Below are positions 8,980 to 16,090 of a DNA stretch of 16,858 nucleotides, piece after piece. The DNA is taken from NCBI GenBank assembly GCA_963776275.1, contig CAVZMI010000024.1, forward strand, positions 1 through 16,858, read 5' to 3'. The notes under the pieces are model-generated. The model was not told the origin of the DNA. It ran no database searches and worked only from the letters and a program-made list of their open reading frames with translations. The translations under genes and the position numbers were made by a program. The stretch comes from Ignavibacteriota bacterium (lineage in GTDB: Bacteria > Bacteroidota > Ignavibacteria > UBA10030 > CAVZMI01). Within the stretch, counting starts at the first letter, position 1. The number at the start of each line of letters is the position of its first letter.

Positions 8980-9004
8980 CCTTAACCTTAACCTTTACCT
9001 TTCC
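8970..9004 (+). repeat. Right arm of cassette 1: (T)TWACC hexamer array, inverted relative to 8527-8614
   Basis: TTTACC TTAACC TTAACC TTAACC TTTACC TTTCC. It has five ACCTT units and contains the TAA stop of the four-helix-bundle gene. Confidence 0.85.
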
Positions 9005-9005
9005 A

Positions 9006-9542
9006 ATGCCATCGAAACAGCGCTCTTTCGTTCTATGGTTCACAGGACTTCCCAGCTCGGGGAAGACTACGCTGGCTAACTCTATCTATCGGTGGTTGAA
9101 GAGATACGGCTATAAGGTTGAGCGACTCGACGGCGATTCGATCCGTAAGGTATTTCCGCAAACCGGTTTTGACAAGAAATCACGTGATGAACATATCCGG
9201 AGGATCGGATATATTGCTTCGATTCTTGAGCGAAACGGGATTACTGTCATCGCATCGTTTGTGTCTCCTTATCGTGAGTCGAGAGATTTTGTCCGGGAGA
9301 TCTGTAAACATTTTATCGAAGTCCATGTTGTCGCTCCAAGCGAAGTCTGTGAGAAACGAGACTTGAAAGGATTATATCGCCGGGCACGCAGCGGCGAAAT
9401 CACGAATTTTACGGGCGTGAACGATCCTTTTGAAGAACCGCTCAAACCCGAATTGGTGGTGAGAACCGACACGAAATCGAAGAGAGCATGTGTGAAAGAA
9501 ATCACCGGATATCTCAGACAACATTATAAGATAAAACCTTAA
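9006..9542 (+). CDS. cysC: Adenylyl-sulfate (APS) kinase
   Basis: [13 protein letters not shown]-loop, [42 protein letters not shown]. Confidence 0.96.
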   Translation: MPSKQRSFVLWFTGLPSSGKTTLANSIYRWLKRYGYKVERLDGDSIRKVFPQTGFDKKSRDEHIRRIGYIASILERNGITVIASFVSPYRESRDFVREICKHFIEVHVVAPSEVCEKRDLKGLYRRARSGEITNFTGVNDPFEEPLKPELVVRTDTKSKRACVKEITGYLRQHYKIKP

Positions 9543-9557
9543 CCTTAACCTTTATCC
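9535..9557 (+). repeat. Second (AACCTT)3 array at the cysC stop, a direct repeat of the cassette-1 right arm
   Basis: AACCTTAACCTTAACCTTTATCC. It contains the cysC TAA at 9540-9542. Confidence 0.8.
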
Positions 9558-9561
9558 ACTA

Positions 9562-9712
9562 ATGACCCATTTAGACAGATTAGAAAGCACTTCCATCTAT
9601 ATTCTTCGCGAAGCCTATGCGATGTTCCATAACCTCGGTATGCTGTGGTCGATTGGTAAAGATAGCGAATCATGGAGGATTGGAGAAGTTACCTAGAGAT
9701 GGCTACATGTAA
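9562..9712 (+). pseudogene. cysD: Internally deleted cysD copy: first 35 codons joined out of frame to the last ~14 codons
   Basis: 9562-9666 matches 10157-10261 at 98/105 nt ([19 protein letters not shown]...SIGKDS). 9669-9712 matches 10995-11038 at 35/44 nt ([12 protein letters not shown] vs [12 protein letters not shown]). About 730 nt are missing. The frame from ATG 9562 stops at TAG 9694-9696 (44 aa). Confidence 0.9.
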
Positions 9713-9743
9713 GGAAAAAGTAAAAATTAAAAAGGAAAAAGTG
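9711..9743 (+). repeat. Left 33-bp heptamer arm of cassette 2
   Basis: AAGG-AAAAAGT-AAAAATT-AAAAAGG-AAAAAGT-G. It begins inside the TAA of the cysD remnant. Confidence 0.88.
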
Positions 9744-9748
9744 ATTAT

Positions 9749-10096
9749 ATGACAAGAGACTTGAGTGAACGTATATTCAAGTTCATCATACGGGTGATTT
9801 TGTTACTTCGGAAATTGCACAATGATGCTGAATCACGGAATATCAAACAACAACTCATCCGAGCCGCGACATCGGTTGGTGCGAATTATGAAGAAGCCCA
9901 GACAGCATCGTCTCGTGCAGATTTTAGGAATAAAATCAATATTGCTTTAAAGGAAATACGCGAGGTGCATTACTGGTTAAAAATAATTGCCGCTCTCGAG
10001 AAAATAGAAAATGCCGAGCTTCGAGAAATAAAGTCTGAAGCGAAAGAATTGATGCTAATATTTGGTTCCATTGCGACGAAAGTATCAAAAAAATGA
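9749..10096 (+). CDS. Four-helix-bundle protein (TIGR02436-like), copy 2
   Basis: 115 aa with QLIRAATSVGANYEEAQ.ASSRADF.NK.NIALKE.RE..YWL. Confidence 0.92.
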   Translation: MTRDLSERIFKFIIRVILLLRKLHNDAESRNIKQQLIRAATSVGANYEEAQTASSRADFRNKINIALKEIREVHYWLKIIAALEKIENAELREIKSEAKELMLIFGSIATKVSKK

Positions 10097-10108
10097 TTAA
10101 ACGAACAG

Positions 10109-10141
10109 CACTTTTACCTTTTGCCTTTTACCTTTTTACTT
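10109..10141 (+). repeat. Right 33-bp heptamer arm of cassette 2
   Basis: CACTTTTACCTTTTGCCTTTTACCTTTTTACTT. It is 26/33 complementary to 9711-9743. Confidence 0.88.
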
Positions 10142-10156
10142 GACCCTCTTCTGCTT

Positions 10157-11038
10157 ATGAGCCATTTAGACAGATTAGAAAGCATTTCCATCTATATTCT
10201 TCGCGAAGCCTATGCGACGTTCCACAACCTTGGCATGCTCTGGTCGATTGGTAAAGATAGCACGGTTCTCCTCTGGTTGGTTCGGAAAGCGTTTTTCGGA
10301 CATGTACCGTTTACATTGATTCACATTGATACCAGTTTCAAAATTCCGGAAATGATCCGATACCGCGATAAACTTGTTGAAGAACTCGGATTAAATCTGA
10401 TTTTTGGAATCAACGAAGAAGCGTTGAGAAAAAAACAAACGTTCCCCGACGGTCATGTGGACCACCTTGCATGCTGTAAAATCCTGAAGACCGACGCTCT
10501 CATCAATACAATTAACGGCACCTGGACGCGATACCGCTTCAACCGCACAACGAAAGTATATGAACCGGAGCATAATGGCGAACCGTTCGATGGAATCATA
10601 ACCGGAGCACGGGCCGACGAAGAGGGCTCACGGTCGAAAGAGCGCTATTTTTCAGCACGCGATGAAAAAAGCCAGTGGGATATAGCCGGCCAGCCGCCTG
10701 AATTCTGGAATTTTTATAAAACCGACTTTGCCCCGGGGACACATGTCCGAATTCATCCACTTCTTGATTGGACAGAACTGAACGTCTGGGAATATATCAA
10801 ACGTGAAAATATACCAACGGTATCGTTGTACTATAATAAAGGGGATGGGAAAAGATATCGTTCGCTCGGTTGTTATCCATGCACATTCCCGATCGACTCT
10901 GACTCCAGAACAGTCGATGAGATCATTGAAGAACTTAAAAGTGGAAAGCTGAAAAACGTCGCCGAGAGAAGCGGGAGAGCTCAGGATAAAGAAGATCAGG
11001 GGGGATTGGAAAGCTTACGAAGAGATGGATATATGTAA
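10157..11038 (+). CDS. cysD: Sulfate adenylyltransferase subunit 2 (293 aa)
   Basis: [23 protein letters not shown]-loop, [49 protein letters not shown], and a C-terminal GYM. ATG 10157 is chosen because 10121-10156 is largely repeat arm and the paralogous remnant starts at the equivalent ATG. Confidence 0.94.
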   Translation: MSHLDRLESISIYILREAYATFHNLGMLWSIGKDSTVLLWLVRKAFFGHVPFTLIHIDTSFKIPEMIRYRDKLVEELGLNLIFGINEEALRKKQTFPDGHVDHLACCKILKTDALINTINGTWTRYRFNRTTKVYEPEHNGEPFDGIITGARADEEGSRSKERYFSARDEKSQWDIAGQPPEFWNFYKTDFAPGTHVRIHPLLDWTELNVWEYIKRENIPTVSLYYNKGDGKRYRSLGCYPCTFPIDSDSRTVDEIIEELKSGKLKNVAERSGRAQDKEDQGGLESLRRDGYM

Positions 11039-11069
11039 GGAAAAAGTAAAAATTAAAAAGGAAAAAGTA
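11037..11069 (+). repeat. Left 33-bp heptamer arm of cassette 3
   Basis: AAGG-AAAAAGT-AAAAATT-AAAAAGG-AAAAAGT-A. It starts inside the cysD TAA. 11033-11068 is identical to 9707-9742. Confidence 0.88.
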
Positions 11070-11074
11070 TTTAC

Positions 11075-11422
11075 ATGAAAAGAGATTTGGATGAACGAGT
11101 ATTCAATTTTACGATTAGGTTGATTTTATTTCTCCGCAAATTGCCAAATGATATTGAATTATGGAATATCAAACATCAGTTGATAAAGGCTGTGACTTCT
11201 GTTGGAGCTAATTATGAAGAGGCACAGGCGGCTTCTTCGCGTGCAGATTTCAAGAATAAATTAAATATTGCTTTGAAGGGGATACGAGAAACACATTATT
11301 GGATAAGAATCATCGGAGCACTAGAAAAAGTAAATAATGATGAAATCCGGGAACTTCAATCAGGAGCAAAAGAATTGATGTTGATCTTCGGATCAATTGC
11401 ATCGAAAGTATCAAAAAAATGA
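11075..11422 (+). CDS. Four-helix-bundle protein (TIGR02436-like), copy 3
   Basis: 115 aa with QLIKAVTSVGANYEEAQAASSRADF. It is 85/115 aa identical to copy 2, ungapped. Confidence 0.92.
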   Translation: MKRDLDERVFNFTIRLILFLRKLPNDIELWNIKHQLIKAVTSVGANYEEAQAASSRADFKNKLNIALKGIRETHYWIRIIGALEKVNNDEIRELQSGAKELMLIFGSIASKVSKK

Positions 11423-11457
11423 ATTCATCAATACGTGATACTTGTACTGCTAAAGAG

Positions 11458-12459
11458 TCAAGTTAACAGTTTTTGAAATTGTTGTCGTAAAGCACTATGT
11501 TTAGATTTAAATACATCAATCGGAATAGCCCCTTTTTTAGCTAGTCCGAAGTGAGCACGTTGAAAATTATAATACCATAAATATTTATCAAGAGCTTGTT
11601 GTAACTCTGGAAGAGAATTGAAGAATCGAGTACGGAACATTGGTTGATAGAACTCTTCCAGGATTGTTCTTTGAAAACGTTCACAGGTGCCATTAAGGAT
11701 CGGCTTGCCTTTGGGTATTCGATTGTGCTTGATATCATAAGCAGCAAGCATACGCTGGAATTGACTGCCGGTGAACTCAGTGCCATTATCCGTCAGTACA
11801 TACTCGAGATTGATACCGTTGTCGTAGAACTTCGGGATAAGCACATTTTCGACCAAATCGATCGTTGCTGATTGATCTTTACGAGTGTAGAGTTTTGCCC
11901 AGCCATAGCGAGAGCACAGATCAATACCAGAGATCTGGTAGATTCGTCCAACACGCTTGAGATGACCCACGTAAAAGGTATCTAGAGCGACAATATGCCC
12001 CGGCCAGAGTCCTTCATTGACTTTGTTGATCTGACGTTTCATCACGCGTAACGTTTGTTCGGTCAATGGTCGGTTGTCCATACGAGCACGTTCAAGATAG
12101 ACCAATCGTTGATAGCGACGATTCAGACCAAAACGCTTTAGGTGGTACCAGAGCGCCACATGAGTAACGGAAATGCCTTGCTGTTGAAAAATATAGGCAT
12201 ATCGTCGTGGTCCCCATGCTGGATGTTCTTGGACGAGTTCTAGTAAGAGTTTTTTCTTGCTCAGTGCCATCTCATTGGGCATTTTAGGCTTTCGTCGTAC
12301 CTTTGGAGCTAATGACCCTGTTTTGATGAACTGTGCTTTTATTTTGTAGAAGCTCGTTCGGCTCATCCCAAAAGTACGGCATGCTTGGCTCACACCGTGA
12401 CGTTCAGCGTAGATTAATAACGATCGACGCTGGTTAATGATCAGATCGTCTGTGGTCAT
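11458..12459 (-). CDS. IS481-family DDE transposase (HTH + rve integrase core)
   Basis: N-terminal HTH (VSQACRTFGMSRTSFYK), HPAWGP, ALDTFYVG.LK.VGRIY (D), LTDNGTEF (D), NGTCERFQRT..EEF (E), YNFQRAH. Confidence 0.92.
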   Translation of the reverse strand: MTTDDLIINQRRSLLIYAERHGVSQACRTFGMSRTSFYKIKAQFIKTGSLAPKVRRKPKMPNEMALSKKKLLLELVQEHPAWGPRRYAYIFQQQGISVTHVALWYHLKRFGLNRRYQRLVYLERARMDNRPLTEQTLRVMKRQINKVNEGLWPGHIVALDTFYVGHLKRVGRIYQISGIDLCSRYGWAKLYTRKDQSATIDLVENVLIPKFYDNGINLEYVLTDNGTEFTGSQFQRMLAAYDIKHNRIPKGKPILNGTCERFQRTILEEFYQPMFRTRFFNSLPELQQALDKYLWYYNFQRAHFGLAKKGAIPIDVFKSKHSALRQQFQKLLT

Positions 12460-12533
12460 TGGAGATCTCCCGGTTGTCCTTGTGTCCTATCCAGACACAA
12501 GTATACGACAACTCGAAGGTCCTTCCAATGACC
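12454..12533 (-). promoter_or_regulatory. Long hairpin covering the transposase SD and start codon
   Basis: Nested inverted segments: GGTCATTGGA/TCCAATGACC (12454-63/12524-33), GTTGTC/GACAAC (12473-78/12507-12) and CTTGTGTC/GACACAAG (12479-86/12494-501). Confidence 0.7.
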
Positions 12534-12591
12534 TTCATTTCAAAGAACAGTTAACTGATGTGTGTAAACACATCTCCTTAATAATACATGA

Positions 12592-12624
12592 TACTTTTTA
12601 ATTTTTCCTTTTTACTTTTTCCTT
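12592..12624 (+). repeat. Right 33-bp heptamer arm of cassette 3, displaced by the IS
   Basis: TACTTTTTAATTTTTCCTTTTTACTTTTTCCTT. It is 29/33 complementary to 11037-11069. Confidence 0.88.
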
Positions 12625-12638
12625 GAGAAAGAACCATT

Positions 12639-14444
12639 TTGACGGAAAACCATCTAAATATCATCGTTGCCGGCCATGTCGATCATGGAAAGAGCACAAT
12701 AATCGGCCGTCTTCTCGCTGATACCGGCTCTTTACCTGACGGGAAGCTCGAGCAGGTGAAGACCTTGTGCGAGCGCAACTCTAAGCCGTTCGAATATGCA
12801 TTTCTGATCGATGCTCTTAAAGATGAGCGTTCGCAGGGCATTACTATCGATGCCGCACGCGTGTTTTTCAAGACTGAAAAGAGGCATTACATTATTATCG
12901 ATGCGCCGGGACATATCGAATTTTTGAAAAACATGATGACTGGGGCATCGCGGGCCGGGGCGGCAATACTGGTGATCGATGCTTCGGAAGGCGTTCAGGA
13001 GAATTCGCGGCGGCACGGCTATCTGCTTTCAATGCTGGGGATACGTCAGATTGCTGTCGTTATTAATAAAATGGACATAGCCGGCTACCAAAAAGAGGTG
13101 TTCGATACGCATGTGAAAGAGTTTTCGCTATTCCTTGAAACGATAGGAATTCGCGCTGTGAATTTCATTCCGGTCAGCGGCTGCAGGGGAGATAACATAG
13201 CAGCGAGAAGTGCCGCGATGAAATGGTATACAGGGGCGACAGTGCTTGAGGCTCTTGATACATTCGAGGAATCAAAAACTCCGCTGGATCTTCCATTCAG
13301 GTTCCCGGTTCAGGATGTTTATAAGTTTACGAAATATAACGACACCCGCCGGATTATCGCCGGCACGGTTTCTTCAGGTTCAATCCGTCCGGATGACGAA
13401 ATTGTCTTTTATCCTTCGGGGAAGAGGAGCAGAGTAGCAACCATCGAGGTATTCAATGCTCCCCTGACGCAGCTCGCCTGCACAGATTCGGCAACCGGTT
13501 TCACCCTCAAGGAACAGATCTATGTCACACGCGGTGAAATAGCTGCAAAGGTTGGAGAACCGCCCCCGCAGATTTCGTCACGACTGCACGTCAGTCTCTT
13601 CTGGATGGCAAGACGCCCGCTTTCCGTCGGGAAACAATATCTTTTGAAATGCGGAACGACAAAGACTCATATGCAGATAGAGGAACTGATAAAAGTCATC
13701 GATGCTTCCGATCTTCATACATTGTCCGTTCAGAACTTTGTGGAACGGCACCAGGTTGCCGAGTGTGATATGAAATTGGAGAAGGCGATTGCGTTTGATC
13801 GTGTCGGCGATGTAGCAGGGACGGGGCGGTTCGTCGTCGTGGATGAGTATGAAATAGCCGGAGGTGGTATAATTCTCGATACACTTGAGGATCAACAGGC
13901 TTTTGTACGCGAGAAAGTTCTCACCCGTAATATCAAGTGGGAAAAAAGCACTATCCCGTCAGAAGTTCGCGCCGAACGTTTTAAGCAAAAACCGGCTTTG
14001 ATTCTGATCACCGGTAAAAAGAACAGCGGTAAAAAGCCGCTCGCACGGGCACTGGAGAAAAAATTGCTCGAGGGTGGATATCATGCATATTTCCTCGGGA
14101 TCGGGAATATATTATACGGAGTCGATGCAGATATCAAAGGAATTCATGATGACAGGTACGAGCATATCCGGAGGCTGGCGGAAGTCTCCAATATTCTTCT
14201 GGATACCGGCATAATACTTATAGTCACCGCCATTGATCTTCACACGAACGAAATCGATCTAATTCGGATGACGTGTAATGAATATGAAACCATGACAATC
14301 TGGGTTGGTGAGAGCGGAACTCCCGTATTGAACTTTGATATTGCAGTTTCAAGCAACACGCCGATCGATGCAACAGTCGAAAAAATTCTTCAAGATCTTA
14401 AGACGAGATTATTCAGTGCAGGGGAAGGAAATTATCATAGCTGA
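12639..14444 (+). CDS. cysN: Sulfate adenylyltransferase subunit 1 (GTPase) with a degenerate C-terminal APS-kinase-like domain (CysN/CysNC type)
   Basis: [36 protein letters not shown]......TGRFVVVD....GGG. The C-terminal [14 protein letters not shown]...SGK...[15 protein letters not shown] is CysC-like. It lies next to cysD. TTG start. Confidence 0.88.
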   Translation: MTENHLNIIVAGHVDHGKSTIIGRLLADTGSLPDGKLEQVKTLCERNSKPFEYAFLIDALKDERSQGITIDAARVFFKTEKRHYIIIDAPGHIEFLKNMMTGASRAGAAILVIDASEGVQENSRRHGYLLSMLGIRQIAVVINKMDIAGYQKEVFDTHVKEFSLFLETIGIRAVNFIPVSGCRGDNIAARSAAMKWYTGATVLEALDTFEESKTPLDLPFRFPVQDVYKFTKYNDTRRIIAGTVSSGSIRPDDEIVFYPSGKRSRVATIEVFNAPLTQLACTDSATGFTLKEQIYVTRGEIAAKVGEPPPQISSRLHVSLFWMARRPLSVGKQYLLKCGTTKTHMQIEELIKVIDASDLHTLSVQNFVERHQVAECDMKLEKAIAFDRVGDVAGTGRFVVVDEYEIAGGGIILDTLEDQQAFVREKVLTRNIKWEKSTIPSEVRAERFKQKPALILITGKKNSGKKPLARALEKKLLEGGYHAYFLGIGNILYGVDADIKGIHDDRYEHIRRLAEVSNILLDTGIILIVTAIDLHTNEIDLIRMTCNEYETMTIWVGESGTPVLNFDIAVSSNTPIDATVEKILQDLKTRLFSAGEGNYHS

Positions 14445-14467
14445 AAGAGATTAAAAGGGTTTATGCA

Positions 14468-15274
14468 TTGAGAATCGTGGCTATAATGACAGTAAGAAAT
14501 GAAGAACTCTATCTCCCGAGAGTGTTAGAGCATCTATATAATCAGGGAATTGAGGTTTGTCTGATTGACAACGGATCAACGGATTCGAGTTTGGAAATTG
14601 CCCGCGAGTATCTCGGAAAGAGAATAACGAGAATTGAACAGTTACCGTACACGGGGGTCTTCGAGTGGAGGGAAGTCTTACGGCACAAGGAGAGATTGGC
14701 AAAAGAGATCGACGCGGATTGGTACATCCATCACGATGCTGACGAAATCCGGGAAGCTCCCTCGCCGACGTATACGACCCTGTACGAAGGAATTTACAAC
14801 GTTGATCGGATGGGGTATAACGCAATCGACTTCGATGAATTCGTCTTCACGCCGACAACCGATGAAGAGCACTTCGAAGGGACAGATTATGTCAACGAGA
14901 TGCGGTATTACTATTTCTTTCAACCCGGGCCACTACGACGGGTGAATGCCTGGAAGAATCTGCGGAGGAGAATCGATTTGAAAAACTGGGGAGGACATCA
15001 GATTCTTTTCAGGGGTCGCAAAATATATCCGGAGAAATTCATTCTGCGGCACTATATTATATTGAGTAGAGCTCATGCAATAAAAAAATACGGAGAGAGG
15101 GTCTATTCAAAATATGAAGTTGAAAAATTGCATTGGCATATAGGCCGTACCGGATTTCAGATCGATCATCTGAATTTCCCAAAAAAGGAAAATCTTTGCT
15201 GTATCGACACGGACTATTGGGATCGATCACATCCGCAGCGGGACCATCTTTTTCTCCATAGGAATATCGGGTGA
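14468..15274 (+). CDS. Glycosyltransferase family 2 (GT-A)
   Basis: AIMTVRNEE.YL...LEH, IDNGSTD, W.IHHDADE (DxD), GGH...ILRHY. TTG start. Confidence 0.88.
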   Translation: MRIVAIMTVRNEELYLPRVLEHLYNQGIEVCLIDNGSTDSSLEIAREYLGKRITRIEQLPYTGVFEWREVLRHKERLAKEIDADWYIHHDADEIREAPSPTYTTLYEGIYNVDRMGYNAIDFDEFVFTPTTDEEHFEGTDYVNEMRYYYFFQPGPLRRVNAWKNLRRRIDLKNWGGHQILFRGRKIYPEKFILRHYIILSRAHAIKKYGERVYSKYEVEKLHWHIGRTGFQIDHLNFPKKENLCCIDTDYWDRSHPQRDHLFLHRNIG

Positions 15275-16059
15275 TGAAAAACGTTCCTGTTATCATCGGT
15301 GGTTTTTATCGTTCAGGCACCAGTCTCCTGCGGAGATTATTCGATGCACATTCTCAAATTCATTGCAGTCCGGAGATAAAGTTTTTTAATGATTTTTACG
15401 GGAGGTATCTTCACGACGATCTGAACCATATACGGTTCTTTACGACTCTTCGATCGATCGGATTGGATGAGGGTACACTGCTGGAGATATTCGGGAAGGC
15501 GTACATTAAAAGTCATGAGGAAGCCGCGCGAAAATTCGGGAAAAGGATCTGGGCCGATAAAAATCCGGAAAATGTTCTCTTCCTGGAACAATGGCAGAGT
15601 CTCCTGCAGGGACAATTCGTTTTCATTCACGTGATCAGGCATCCCCTGGATGTGATGGCATCGTTGCTGGAAGTACGGTTTGAAAAAACGATACAGACGG
15701 ATTTTAAGGACAAAGTGTTACTCTATAAGCATTTTGTGGAATGCGGTCTTGAATTCTCCGCACGATATCCTGAACAAAGTCATGAAGTGCGTTATGAATC
15801 TCTGATCTCCGATCCGGAGTCCACTCTGAAAATTCTTCTCGATTCGCTGGGATTGGAGTATGAACCGGTCATGGTAACGGGATTCAACAGTCCTCAAAGA
15901 CAGGAAGGTATTGAAGATCCAAAGATTTATTCGACAAAGACAATCCACACACGGAGCATCGGACGCTGGAAAAAAGATTTAGCACCAAGACACATCAGGG
16001 TTGTGCGATCGTTGCTCTCCGAGCTTGCCCGAAAACTTGGTTACGAGCTTTCGTCATAA
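15271..16059 (+). CDS. PAPS-dependent sulfotransferase
   Basis: 5'-PSB motif IGGFYRSGTSLLRRLFDAH, WADKNP.N, 3'-PB motif IRHPLDVMAS, RYESLISDP, SIGRWK. The start is either GTG 15271 or ATG 15274. Confidence 0.92.
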   Translation: MMKNVPVIIGGFYRSGTSLLRRLFDAHSQIHCSPEIKFFNDFYGRYLHDDLNHIRFFTTLRSIGLDEGTLLEIFGKAYIKSHEEAARKFGKRIWADKNPENVLFLEQWQSLLQGQFVFIHVIRHPLDVMASLLEVRFEKTIQTDFKDKVLLYKHFVECGLEFSARYPEQSHEVRYESLISDPESTLKILLDSLGLEYEPVMVTGFNSPQRQEGIEDPKIYSTKTIHTRSIGRWKKDLAPRHIRVVRSLLSELARKLGYELSS

Positions 16060-16090
16060 CTATTCTCGTTCTCTCGAGAGGCATCGCTGT

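Larger units (their letters stand above)
11443..12588 (-). mobile_element. Complete IS481-family insertion sequence (1146 bp)
   Basis: TGT...ACA termini. Imperfect 26-bp terminal IRs: TGTACTGCTAAAGAGTCAAGTTAACA vs TGTATTATTAAGGAGATGTGTTTACA (17/26). Direct repeat TGATACT at 11436-11442 and 12589-12595. Single DDE transposase ORF. Confidence 0.9.

Noticed and set aside
8976-8993. (TTAACC)n as a telomere-like repeat or a phase-variable coding SSR
   Set aside because: The context is internal and bacterial. The 6-nt unit starts at the stop codon, so copy-number change would not shift any reading frame.
9562-9696. 44-aa ORF as a regulatory leader peptide
   Set aside because: It is fully explained as a deletion remnant of cysD, although its translation cannot be excluded.
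10121-10156. N-terminal extension [12 protein letters not shown] of CysD given in the ORF track
   Set aside because: It is a translation of the pyrimidine-rich right arm and adjacent leader. The homologous start is ATG 10157.
8617-11422. Diversity-generating retroelement, suggested by Avd-like proteins and the near-duplicate cysD 5' segment as a possible TR/VR pair
   Set aside because: There is no reverse transcriptase in the window. The 7 differences between 9562-9666 and 10157-10261 are C/T or C/G changes, not adenine-specific.
8617-11422. 23S rRNA gene with intervening sequences
   Set aside because: The flanks are protein-coding cys genes and no rRNA sequence is recognisable.
4585-12624. 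CRISPR array made of the 33-36-bp repeated arms
   Set aside because: The copies are low-complexity, alternate in orientation and are separated by whole genes rather than uniform spacers. No cas genes are present.
2709-15948. Remaining 60-120-aa ORFs overlapping the major genes, including 8341-8697 (-) and 4742-4960 (+)
   Set aside because: They overlap well-supported CDSs. The FLYLFLHLFLFL stretch of 8341-8697 is just the hexamer arm read backwards.
16071-16080. Palindrome CTCTCGAGAG between the two sulfotransferases
   Set aside because: It is only 10 bp with no loop or U-tract, overlaps the SD, and is compatible with chance.
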